Assembly: GCA_021498095.1 (NCBI GenBank)
Contig: JAIZWK010000001.1
Location: 510,001 to 542,000, forward strand
Direction: 5' to 3'
DNA length: 32,000 nucleotides
Source: Candidatus Harpocratesius repetitus
GTDB lineage: Archaea; Asgardarchaeota; Lokiarchaeia; Sigyniarchaeales; Promethearchaeaceae
Shown here piece after piece: positions 1 to 9,064 of this stretch. Each line of letters begins with the position of its first letter. The first letter of the stretch is position 1. The translations under genes and the position numbers were made by a program. The notes beneath the pieces are model-generated. The model had not been told where the DNA came from, made no database searches, and saw only the letters and a list, made by a program, of their open reading frames with translations.

Positions 1-2
1 GT

Positions 3-821
3 CCTAAACAAGCACAATTATATGCAAAAGTTGTTCGTGAAACCTTGCAGGAAATCGAAAATCTTGAAAAATCTAATATTCAAAGAAAAGGTCTAATTCT
101 GAAGCTATTAACGGCAACTAAACAAATATGTAATCATCCTGTCCAATATCTTTATAAAACGAAACATAAAGTGAAAATTTTACCAAAATCAGCACCCATC
201 AATCAATCCGAAAACCCATCTAATAATCTATCGGAAAAACAATCTGATGATATTGAAATTTCTTATTCAGAATTTTTACATGCATCTCAGAAATTGGAAA
301 GATTGTCGGAAATGGTGGAAGAAGTCTTGGAAGACGGCGAAAAACTATTAATTTTCACTCAATTCAAACAAATGGGCGATTTATTAAAAGAATTTTTAGA
401 ACTAAAATATCACCTTCCAGTCGGATGGTTTCATGGGGGTGTTCCGGAGCGGCAGCGCCAACAATTAGTAGATAATTTCCAATCTACAGCATTAGACTCC
501 ATTCCAATTCTAATCTTGTCTCTTAGAGCAGGAGGAACGGGTTTGAACCTTACGCAAGCATCTACTGTATTTCACTATGATAGATGGTGGAACCCTGCTG
601 TTGAAGATCAAGCCACCGATCGAGCTTATAGGATAGGTCAAAAAAAGACTGTTAATGTGTATAAATTTATCACTACCGGAACAATAGAAGAAAAGATTGA
701 TCAAATGTTGGAAGAAAAGCGGGATCTTGCCGATCGGATTCTTGCTGCAAAAGATGAAACTTGGATCACCGCTCTTTCTAATGACGAATTGAAAGAATTG
801 TTTAGTCTTTCTTATAGCTAA
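3..821 (+). CDS. SNF2/SWI2-family helicase, C-terminal part (5' truncated by the window edge)
   Basis: Frame is open from nt 3 (PKQAQLYAKVVRETLQEIEN...). Helicase-C motifs: LKQICNHP, LIFTQF, LSLRAGGTGLNLT, HYDRWWNPAVEDQATDRAYRIGQ, GTIEEKI. Confidence 0.95.
   Translation, partial: PKQAQLYAKVVRETLQEIENLEKSNIQRKGLILKLLTATKQICNHPVQYLYKTKHKVKILPKSAPINQSENPSNNLSEKQSDDIEISYSEFLHASQKLERLSEMVEEVLEDGEKLLIFTQFKQMGDLLKEFLELKYHLPVGWFHGGVPERQRQQLVDNFQSTALDSIPILILSLRAGGTGLNLTQASTVFHYDRWWNPAVEDQATDRAYRIGQKKTVNVYKFITTGTIEEKIDQMLEEKRDLADRILAAKDETWITALSNDELKELFSLSYS
694..811 (+). repeat. 118-bp direct repeat, copy 1 (3' end of the SNF2 CDS; attL-like)
   Basis: agattgatcaaatg...tttagtctttc matches 3331-3448 at 116/118 nt. 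Both mismatches are synonymous Lys AAG/AAA changes. Confidence 0.97.
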
Positions 822-1115
822 TTTTTTTTAGAAATCGAGATTCTTTCTAAATTTTAAAATCATCAATTTTAATGTCTTTTCTATTTTGATATCCACAATT
901 TATTTTATGTTAAAGAGTGTTCTATTTAATATAATTCTATAAAAATTTACAAATTGTGCATTCATGCATGATTAGGCTTTAATTACTATAATTATATGTA
1001 ATTATAAGAATACAATGCTCTAAATGAAACCTTTATTTCATAATTTGTATAAATTGAATATTAAAATAAATGCTTTTTATGTGAATTAAAAATAATTTTT
1101 TTTAAAAAGCGATTT

Positions 1116-2153
1116 TTATTTACTCAAATCAATTTTTTCTGCCATCATCCGTAGCATGTTCTCTTCGGGAACCTTTTTAAAGGGATCGAGCAAGTATTCA
1201 AATGCCAACTCATAATAAGTGCGAGAAAAATGATCAAAATAATCATCGAAGATTTTTCCAATAGGTATTCTTATAGATCTTGGAGAATATTCTGGAAAGG
1301 GTAAGTTAGGATAATTTAAATCAAAAATAATTGCCTTTTCGTTATAATACAACCATATTTTCTTTGATTTTAGAATGTTATATTGTGAGGCGGTCAACTC
1401 GATAGCAGAGGGGGAATATATTTTGAGTTTTTCGAGATGTGGGGCATTTATAAGAGAGGAAGGTAAAGAGTGTATATTTTTAGAATTGTAAAGAGTGAGT
1501 TCAGAGAATTCAGGCATTAAATTAAAAAGATTTGGTAATTGAGTGATTTTGGGGGTTAATAGATAAAGACCTTTAAGATAATGATGATCTTTAAAGAATT
1601 GCTGTGGAAAGTTTTGGAGTCGATAAAGAATTAAGGTCGAAGCAGTTAATTTTGAAAGACGGTTGAGCCAAGAGGGCATTTCCTTAATGAATTGATCTTC
1701 AAAATAAATATATTTAAGATTGGGTAAGAAGTCAGGTAATTGTTCCAACATTTCATTTAATTCATCCGACGGCTCTTTATGTAAGCCAATCAAATAAATC
1801 GAATGAATATACTCAACTTTTCGATTCGTAGGATTGAATTTATCATAATCTGTTAGAAAAGTAGCACTAACTGTAATAAATGGTAAATCCTTACAATCAA
1901 AGGCATTGGTTTCATCTTCCCAAATTACACGTAATTCTTGCAAATAGGATGCAGTTTGGCGGTCAAGTTCATCAAATGGAGGATGTATATTTGCACAGTA
2001 ATGAGATGGGCGGAAACATAGTCGACGATTACTGTAGATACACTGCATATGCGGATTGTTTTTTTTTGGATTGAAAAGTTTAAGTTTTGGGGCTTCAATC
2101 CAGATTTGTCCCTTAGTTGCTCGATCCCACGCCGATATTTTATGTTTTTTCAT
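1116..2153 (-). CDS. Leucine-rich-repeat protein with an unrecognised N-terminal region
   Basis: 345 aa. Degenerate LRRs such as LPDFLPNLKYIYF, IKEMPSWLNRLSKL, ITQLPNLFNLMPEFSELTL and IHSLPSSLINAPHLEKLKI. ATG start with a TATA-like TTAAATATA upstream on the minus strand. Confidence 0.75.
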   Translation of the reverse strand: MKKHKISAWDRATKGQIWIEAPKLKLFNPKKNNPHMQCIYSNRRLCFRPSHYCANIHPPFDELDRQTASYLQELRVIWEDETNAFDCKDLPFITVSATFLTDYDKFNPTNRKVEYIHSIYLIGLHKEPSDELNEMLEQLPDFLPNLKYIYFEDQFIKEMPSWLNRLSKLTASTLILYRLQNFPQQFFKDHHYLKGLYLLTPKITQLPNLFNLMPEFSELTLYNSKNIHSLPSSLINAPHLEKLKIYSPSAIELTASQYNILKSKKIWLYYNEKAIIFDLNYPNLPFPEYSPRSIRIPIGKIFDDYFDHFSRTYYELAFEYLLDPFKKVPEENMLRMMAEKIDLSK

Positions 2154-2266
2154 GTATACATTACCATTGATTACCTTTTGCTTATTGTAGATATATTTAA
2201 GAAATTCAAATATAAAAATTTGGTTTAAAAAAAGTTAACTCGTAAATCCAATTATTAAATATCGGG

Positions 2267-2813
2267 CTATTTTTAATTACGAAGGATCAATTCACTAACA
2301 CCTCGGTTTGAATTTTTTTCCCCCATTTTTCGTTTGATTGAAATAATCGTTTAATTTCTGAATTATTCCACTCATTAAAGAGAATTTTTGGGCTAAATCG
2401 GTGTGGAACAATGGTATTTCCTAAGATTTCGTGTTAATTTGTGATTGTAATTTATGCCTGAAGTCGCTGTTCTAAACCCTCAGGTGTTTTAGGACCAGTT
2501 TAATGCACGCGAGTCTTAATCCTACTATTAATATTCTCCGCCAGATTATTTGATATAACTTTTGCCACAAATAGTCTTGTATTTCCTTTATAGCAACTGT
2601 AACTGCGGAAAGCACATTTTTTGCTAGTTTGAGATTTTTATAAAAAAGACTATTTTTGCATATCCCTGCTTTTCATTGTCAAAATCTTTAAAATGGTACA
2701 CGCTTTGCTTAAAAATTTCAGAATAATTGCCAATAAATTTTTTTTGAATTAAAATTTTGAAATAATTTAAAAAATAAGGCTTTTCTTAATTGATCCTTCA
2801 TTCTTAAAAATAG
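2267..2813. repeat. 547-bp segment bounded by 26-bp imperfect inverted repeats (MITE/IS remnant or invertible segment)
   Basis: 2267-2292 ctatttttaattacgaaggatcaatt versus the reverse complement of 2788-2813 ctatttttaagaatgaaggatcaatt: 23/26 identical, with a perfect inner 12 bp. Confidence 0.55.
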
Positions 2814-3330
2814 TCGGTTTCTATTTAACAGAAATTAATTTCCATTTAAGCACTTGAAATGGACAACAAAAAACCACTTTTTCCATTCTGATCTCTGAGA
2901 ATTTGTTCTGCCTTCGGCTTTTGAAGGGAATTATTTTTGTAACTTGAGTAACTGAACTGAAGGAAAGATTTCTAGAATTAAGCGAATCCGACGTGGTAAT
3001 TTATCAAGAAAAATGCTAAGAACCGAATCAAAAAGTACAAAAGGGATTTAAGATTATAGATTATCGCCAACCACTCTACAATATTCCCTAAAAGAGGTCT
3101 TAAATCCTATGATTAATAATACTGAGCACTTAAAAGAATTTAAGGAATTCATCAATCTTTTTGATTGAATAATATTATATTTTATAATGATCAAAATCAA
3201 TTAAGGAAGTAAAAAATCTGAAAAATTTAACTATAAATCATTCAAAGACAAGCTGTTGACTTTTAAAAAAATTAACATAAAATTAAATAAAATAGAAGTC
3301 TACTTAATTGCGAATAATAATATTTCCTAT

Positions 3331-3470
3331 AGATTGATCAAATGTTGGAAGAAAAACGGGATCTTGCCGATCGGATTCTTGCTGCAAAGGATGAAACTTG
3401 GATCACCGCTCTTTCTAATGACGAATTGAAAGAATTGTTTAGTCTTTCGCAGATTGAGGAGGGATATTGA
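3331..3470 (+). pseudogene. Displaced original 3' end of the SNF2 gene (repeat copy 2, 3331-3448, plus tail ...FSLSQIEEGY*)
   Basis: Encodes IDQMLEEKRDLADRILAAKDETWITALSNDELKELFSLSQIEEGY*. Its TGA (3468-3470) overlaps the SWIM ATG (3470), preceded by an SD-like GAGGAGGG. Confidence 0.85.
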
Positions 3471-4438
3471 TGCAACGTCGAACCAAAGAATCTAGAAAGC
3501 CAAAAAAAACACAAAATGGCCATAATTCAAGAAATGGACATAAAACAAGAAAAGGTCGTTATTTAGGAAATAATCGAAACGTACGGAAAGAAGTGCAAGA
3601 AATCAAGAGAGAATTGCACGGATTTGCAAAAACTAAATGGGGACAAATTTGGGTGGATCATATGTTAGAGTATGGTCGTCCGTTTCGAATGCAAAGAGGT
3701 ATTCGCTATGCACAAGAAGAAAGAGTATCTAATATCACAATTTCTCCAGGAATGATCTTTGCAACAGTTCAAGGAACTGCTCCAACCCCCTATTTAGTAA
3801 AAGTCCGATTTGAAACAATACCTGAAGATGTTTGGTATCAAATTGCCATGAAAATTGCAGAAAAAGCCTATTACACGATAAAATTATTAGAAAATACCAT
3901 TCCGGAGGATTTTGAATCAATTTTTGAAGAAGTGGGATATGAATTGTTTCCAGATCCAACAACAAGTTTAAATGCATCATGTTCTTGTCCTGATAAAGAA
4001 ATTCCTTGTAAACACATAGCTGCGACAATTTTATATGTTGCTCGTGTATTTGATTATGATCCATTCCTCTTACTAAAATTACGGGGAAAAGCTCGTGATG
4101 AATTATTACAAACGATTAAAAATGCACGAAGTTGCGCAAATGAACCAATTACAATTTCTGTAAAAAAGATTCGAGAAATGGTTAATATTGCAGATAAAAG
4201 TTTTGAAGTGCCAATTCTTCCAGTTCAAGAATTAAACGTAAATTCATTCTTAAAACCAACAACTCCCTATAATATTGGTTTTCGATTTTTAAAACCAGGA
4301 ACTGATATAAAAACATTAGATACGCTAAACTTGGCTCCAAATTTAGAAAAACCGGATCAATTTTATCAAGTTTTTCGAGACTTGTATTTAGTAGTCTCCA
4401 AAAAAGCTTATGGAATGGCAAAAAAATTAAATGAATAA
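3470..4438 (+). CDS. SWIM zinc-finger protein (SNF2-associated type)
   Basis: SWIM motif CSCPDKEIPCKH. Family-like segments WGQIWVDHM, RMQRGIRYA, ATVQGT..PY, DPFLLLKLRG. Basic N-terminal tail. ATG at 3470 preferred over TTG at 3467. Confidence 0.9.
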   Translation: MQRRTKESRKPKKTQNGHNSRNGHKTRKGRYLGNNRNVRKEVQEIKRELHGFAKTKWGQIWVDHMLEYGRPFRMQRGIRYAQEERVSNITISPGMIFATVQGTAPTPYLVKVRFETIPEDVWYQIAMKIAEKAYYTIKLLENTIPEDFESIFEEVGYELFPDPTTSLNASCSCPDKEIPCKHIAATILYVARVFDYDPFLLLKLRGKARDELLQTIKNARSCANEPITISVKKIREMVNIADKSFEVPILPVQELNVNSFLKPTTPYNIGFRFLKPGTDIKTLDTLNLAPNLEKPDQFYQVFRDLYLVVSKKAYGMAKKLNE

Positions 4439-4840
4439 TATATTTTTAAAACGAAAAATATTGTAAGAGGGTATTTTAAATTTCAAAGATTCGAAGTTTT
4501 TCATTTCATCATCTTAATTCTCCCGACTCAAATCCAAAATATCCTTCCTTATTTTTTGTCGATTTTACCAAGGGCTAAATTCAAGATATGCAAATCAAAA
4601 ATTATAATAAAATCGACTTCAGATTGAAGAATTTATAAATATGATGGTATATTTTTAACAAATTCTTTGAAAAAATCGAGTTCGACAAAAAAAGAATTGT
4701 GATATTTTAGATTTAAGTCGGAAATATATGAATGATATTCAAAAAAGCGTTTAAATTAAAAAAGATGAAAGATCCTCGTAAAAATGAGAAAAATATCGAA
4801 AAAATGAAAATATGAAAGAAATTGGATTGGATTGATTAGA

Positions 4841-5521
4841 TTAGATATAAAATGAATTATCGCTAACTTTTACATTTTCCCTTATATTTTGGGAATTCAA
4901 AATTTGTGCTCGATTTCGCATATCCTTAACAATTTTATCGTGAGTTTCCAAAATATCAACAAATAATCCACCTTTTAATAAACTTAAGAAAAGGTCAAAA
5001 TTCAAAGTTCGATGAGCTAATCGCGTATTTACTAAAAGATAAGCCAATAAATCGATTTCACCTTGGACCTGCGTCATCATTGCCATAAAACTATCTTGAT
5101 CTTCTATTGCATTGCTTTCTGCCACTTCTGCTAACCTCATTTTGCAAAAATCGTAAAATCCGGACTCTAAAATAGCATTTAATATTAATTTTTTATTTGC
5201 ATGGGAGAAGAGCAGTTGATCTGAACGTGTAAACCCAGAAATTGTTTCATCAATTGCCACATTTAGGTAATCCATTAATGAATTCAATGCTTTTTGGTAG
5301 TTAAAGAAATTGCTTACATCGATTATTTGAACATTTTCATCTTCTTCATTATTATCTTTATCATCATTGACTTCAGGATTATCATTTTCTTTTCTATCTT
5401 TATTTTCTATTCTATCCTTATTTTCTTCTTTATCTTCATTTTCTTTGCGATTCCTATCTTTATAATTATAATTATTTTTCTTTTTATTAGATTGCCCATT
5501 TTCTTTCTTATCTTTATTCAC
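4841..5521 (-). CDS. Hypothetical protein with a low-complexity K/N/D/E N-terminus and a helical C-terminal domain; start uncertain
   Basis: 226-aa ORF with a GTG start and protein-like C-terminal about 160 aa. No recognised motif. Confidence 0.65.
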   Translation of the reverse strand: MNKDKKENGQSNKKKNNYNYKDRNRKENEDKEENKDRIENKDRKENDNPEVNDDKDNNEEDENVQIIDVSNFFNYQKALNSLMDYLNVAIDETISGFTRSDQLLFSHANKKLILNAILESGFYDFCKMRLAEVAESNAIEDQDSFMAMMTQVQGEIDLLAYLLVNTRLAHRTLNFDLFLSLLKGGLFVDILETHDKIVKDMRNRAQILNSQNIRENVKVSDNSFYI

Positions 5522-5689
5522 TTTTTCATTACCATTTTCATTTTATGATATTTATTCGAGTTCCAATGCTCTTAAAGAAAGAATGCTCCCCTTTATACCT
5601 TTTTGGTGAATTTAATCAGATTCAATTAATGAAATAGAACTCGAATAAAAATAAGATAAAAAAGCACAAAATTTGCACTCTTTGCTATA

Positions 5690-6358
5690 TTACAAGAGAT
5701 CACTGGGTTTTGGTAATTCAATTGTTGAAGAACTATCGAATAATGAGGATGCTTGACCTTGTGTTGATTGGGATACTCCGAGGAGTTTCTGAAGAACAGT
5801 TCCTAATGCAAAAGAACAAAGCATATACCATCCTGTATACCCCAAAAATCCTGCTTCTACGGGAAGATTCCCAACTGCAGAAAATAATTGCGAACGCATC
5901 ATGGCAACGATAAATGCGGGGAAATCATCCATGGGATTAATTGGAGGTCTAGCTACAGGTAATTGAATTGATGACCATGATGGTGTATAGATACTTCTGA
6001 TGACAAAGAAAAATGCCATAAATGGAATTATCGTAATGCATGTTGGTTTCAATTTCTCCATTTGTATAGATTGCTGCATTTTTTGAACGCTTGCATCTCG
6101 TCTTTGCCATTTTCCATATTCTTTTGCATAGCGCTTTGGATTTGTTTTAGATAATTCTAGAAGAGCTTTCTTTTTTGCATTATGTTCTGCCACAACTTCT
6201 TGGATACGACGAGCTTTATTGTGATCAACCAATTTTTTATTTAAAAATGTAGAAACTAATGAAACGAGTAAACAGATGAAAAAAATGAACCAAAGTGAAT
6301 TTGGAGGTCGGGAAACAAGAGTGATAAAATCACTCCATGCTAAAATCATGGCCAACAT
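5690..6358 (-). CDS. DUF106 / EMC3-TMCO1-like Oxa1-superfamily membrane insertase
   Basis: TM1 (LWFIFFICLLVSLVSTFLNKKLVD), a cytoplasmic coiled coil ending in MEKLKP, TM2 (ITIIPFMAFFFVI) and GWYMLCSF. Lies near secY, as is usual in archaea. Confidence 0.85.
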   Translation of the reverse strand: MLAMILAWSDFITLVSRPPNSLWFIFFICLLVSLVSTFLNKKLVDHNKARRIQEVVAEHNAKKKALLELSKTNPKRYAKEYGKWQRRDASVQKMQQSIQMEKLKPTCITIIPFMAFFFVIRSIYTPSWSSIQLPVARPPINPMDDFPAFIVAMMRSQLFSAVGNLPVEAGFLGYTGWYMLCSFALGTVLQKLLGVSQSTQGQASSLFDSSSTIELPKPSDLL

Positions 6359-6456
6359 TAATCACTTAAATTTAACGAATGTAAAAAAATTTACGAAGTA
6401 AGAATAATAGAAATTATAAAAAAAATAAAAGTCTAAATAGATACCAAAAGGATAAT

Positions 6457-7266
6457 TTAAGTGGATTTTGAACGTTGAGAAAGAAATATAAATATTGGCG
6501 AGAATACAAAAACTACCTGCCCTATTGCTGTATTTAGGATGGTTGCTTCCCAAATTAAATCCCTAATTAAGAAATAAATTAGTCCTATTGGAATTAACAA
6601 ATTTCCAATGATGGTATATATAACTTTTCGCTTTAGCTCTTTATTTTTTAACGATTTTGCAATAGTTCCCAACCTAAATGAAGCTATAAGATAAAAACTT
6701 AAAGGAACAACAAAAATAACTGCAAAAACCCCAAAAACATCCTTTACCACAAAATCATCATTAGGAGGTAAATCTGTCACAGGATTTAATGGAGCACCAC
6801 TGGCATATTGAATCGAAATATTAGAAAAAATTGCCAAAATAATATAGCTTATTGCAAGAATCGAAATTTGAAGCAATAGTTGTTTCTTTTCTTTCATTAT
6901 ATATAAACTTGATTGAACAATGCATGCAGTGTTGTATGTAAAATACGTAAGAATAAAAAGCATAAGTAATTGTATTCGCCAAAATACTTGAGCAATTATA
7001 AAAGCAGTATAACTTAGTGGGGCAATGTACAAAACAATTATATCAAAAAAATTAAATCCAGCCCAAGCAACAAATGAGGTTGCAAAACATTTGTTCAATG
7101 TAGAGTTTTGTTTTTTATATACTTTATAAGCCGAGAAAAGATAGAAAACAAGAACAAAAAGCTTTACTGCAACAATTACCGGGTGAATTCGGCTATGAAA
7201 GGGAATTTCAAAAATCATGATAGATATTTTAAAAAAAGTGCTTAAAAATTTGATCATTGTGTACAT
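6457..7266 (-). CDS. Stand-alone 7-TM membrane protein (resembles HisKA_7TM-type sensor domains); start may be downstream of 7266
   Basis: Seven hydrophobic segments counted by eye, with a polar loop between TM4 and TM5 and no cytoplasmic output domain. Confidence 0.7.
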   Translation of the reverse strand: MYTMIKFLSTFFKISIMIFEIPFHSRIHPVIVAVKLFVLVFYLFSAYKVYKKQNSTLNKCFATSFVAWAGFNFFDIIVLYIAPLSYTAFIIAQVFWRIQLLMLFILTYFTYNTACIVQSSLYIMKEKKQLLLQISILAISYIILAIFSNISIQYASGAPLNPVTDLPPNDDFVVKDVFGVFAVIFVVPLSFYLIASFRLGTIAKSLKNKELKRKVIYTIIGNLLIPIGLIYFLIRDLIWEATILNTAIGQVVFVFSPIFIFLSQRSKST

Positions 7267-7570
7267 ATAATTTTAATATATTGTTATTCAATTCTTTTTA
7301 TCAAATTTTCATTCAAGATTAAGTATTATTTCGATAGATACAAAATCTTTGCTGATTTGGAAAATAATCGAAAAAACTTTTCTGTAAAGATTTTTTAAAA
7401 ATATTTCTACTCCAATTTAACTTAAGATCGTAGTTTTTAATGGATTTCAGGATTTGATTAAAGACTGATATAGCAATTGCTGCGATAACATCATATTTCT
7501 AAGATCAACAAATTAAAAAGCAATAAAAATAAAGTAAAAAACGAAAAGTAAGAAATAAAAAATTCAAATT

Positions 7571-9064
7571 CTAACCTAAAAGAGCACTCATTCCAGGGAA
7601 CTGTTCCTTTGCTGCTTCTTGTGAAATTGTTTCAGCATAGTTTTGAATAATACCTACAGTAAGAAGGAGCCCTGTTCCAGAGCTTAATGCACCCATGAAA
7701 TCGGCTAAGAAACTAAGCATGCCAACAATAAAACCACATAAAATGGTTAATGGCCCAATATAACGTTTGAGAATCTTTTCAATAATCTTTTCACTCCGTC
7801 TAAAACCGGGAACTTGCATTTTTGAGCCTAAGATTTGTCCCGCAATATCGCGAGGAGCTAATCCAGAAACTTCTACCCATATTTGCCCAAAAACAATACA
7901 GATTGTAATGAAAATTACCATGTAAACAAGCGACTGAAATATAACACTTGCACCTTCTCCTTCTTTAAATGCAGTTATAATTGACCCCAAACCTTGCGGA
8001 GCAGTGATATATTTCAATAAACCCTTTATAGGTTTATAATACTGAGCATTGTCGGATTGTTCGAATACACCAAACCAATTTACCCACCATTTAAGTTTTC
8101 CTGTCTTTTCTGACCATTTCCAAAGAAGTTGTCCGAAAAAGAGTAAGTTGGCATATAGAGCTTGAGCAAGAATGACAGGAATATTGGATACATAAAGGAG
8201 CTTCATTGGATATTTGCCCCTATATCCTTTATACCCAGCATAAGTTAGTGGAATTTCAACACGCATGGTTTCAACATAAATTACCACAAAGAAGATAATT
8301 AAAGTAGTAGTCAACCCAAGTAATCCGGGATCTCCAGCATCCCTAATCCATAAATCTCGTAAGCGAATAACATCTCCATTTGCATCCAATTGTCCTGGTT
8401 TAAACAAAACAGAGAAGAAGGCAATAATAATTCCAGTTGGTAATCCATCTCCTGAACGATCGCTAAAGAAACTAAATGAATTCCAGAAAATTTGACCTGC
8501 TACACCACTGGCAATAAATAATGAAACACCAGATCCTAAACCATATCCTTTTTGAAGAACTTCATCCATCATCATAATTAAAATTCCAGCAAATATCAGT
8601 TGGAGAAAGATCAAGATCATATTAGTAGCACCGAGTTCGGCAGAGTCACCAAAAGCATCTCCAAAAATATATGCAATAATTTGAAGAATCGTTAAGAATA
8701 CTGTGATTACTTTCTGAGCACCAGTGAAAAGGGCTCGATCTTCTGGTGAGGACATATCAACTTCTATGAGTTTACTACCTTGCAATAATTGAAGAATTAA
8801 ACCCGCAGTTACAATTGGACCAATTCCGAGTTCCGTCAAAGTGCCTTTATTACTTGCAAGAATTACCCGTAACCAATAATAGTAATCAGCACTTGCACTT
8901 TGTAATATCCCATATAAAGGAACATTAGACATAATTGTATAGAGCAATAAGACGATAAAGGTATATATGAGTTTATCTTTAAAAGAGATTTCCCTATCTG
9001 GCTGTTTAATTTCTGGAGTTATACGTACAAACGGTGAGAATAATTTTAAGAAGCGACCTGCCAT
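7571..9064 (-). CDS. secY: Preprotein translocase subunit SecY / Sec61alpha
   Basis: KDKLIYT, VPLYGI, LASNKGTLTELGIGPIVTAG, EDRALFTGAQK, GYGLGSGVSLFIA, YPMKLLYVSNIPVIL, GTGLLLTVGI. Strongly Sec61alpha-like. Confidence 0.98.
   Translation of the reverse strand: MAGRFLKLFSPFVRITPEIKQPDREISFKDKLIYTFIVLLLYTIMSNVPLYGILQSASADYYYWLRVILASNKGTLTELGIGPIVTAGLILQLLQGSKLIEVDMSSPEDRALFTGAQKVITVFLTILQIIAYIFGDAFGDSAELGATNMILIFLQLIFAGILIMMMDEVLQKGYGLGSGVSLFIASGVAGQIFWNSFSFFSDRSGDGLPTGIIIAFFSVLFKPGQLDANGDVIRLRDLWIRDAGDPGLLGLTTTLIIFFVVIYVETMRVEIPLTYAGYKGYRGKYPMKLLYVSNIPVILAQALYANLLFFGQLLWKWSEKTGKLKWWVNWFGVFEQSDNAQYYKPIKGLLKYITAPQGLGSIITAFKEGEGASVIFQSLVYMVIFITICIVFGQIWVEVSGLAPRDIAGQILGSKMQVPGFRRSEKIIEKILKRYIGPLTILCGFIVGMLSFLADFMGALSSGTGLLLTVGIIQNYAETISQEAAKEQFPGMSALLG

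Larger units (their letters stand above)
812..3330. mobile_element. Putative integrase-less inserted island between the two 118-bp repeats (2,637 bp including one repeat)
   Basis: Bounded by a duplication of the target gene's 3' end and separates SNF2 from its SWIM partner. Contains one LRR gene and about 1.2 kb of non-coding DNA. No recombinase ORF seen. Confidence 0.6.

Noticed and set aside
694-3448. Diversity-generating retroelement (TR/VR pair) as the explanation for the 118-bp repeat
   Set aside because: Only two mismatches, in opposite A/G directions and both synonymous. No reverse transcriptase in the window.
4558-4617. 10-bp inverted repeat gtcgatttta/taaaatcgac between convergent genes
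   Set aside because: The 40-nt spacer and AT-rich arms make it too weak to call a terminator.
4821-4848. Short tandem attgg/attag repeats (similar taatcta repeats near 30500)
   Set aside because: Low-complexity microsatellite-like sequence with no spacer structure, so not CRISPR.
5294-5548. Very hydrophobic 84-aa ORF rich in F/I
   Set aside because: It is the antisense reading of the K/N/D/E low-complexity tract, not a credible membrane protein.
6362-6553. 63-aa ORF between DUF106 and the 7TM gene
   Set aside because: Overlaps the 7TM gene's end and is AT-rich intergenic-like sequence with no protein signature.
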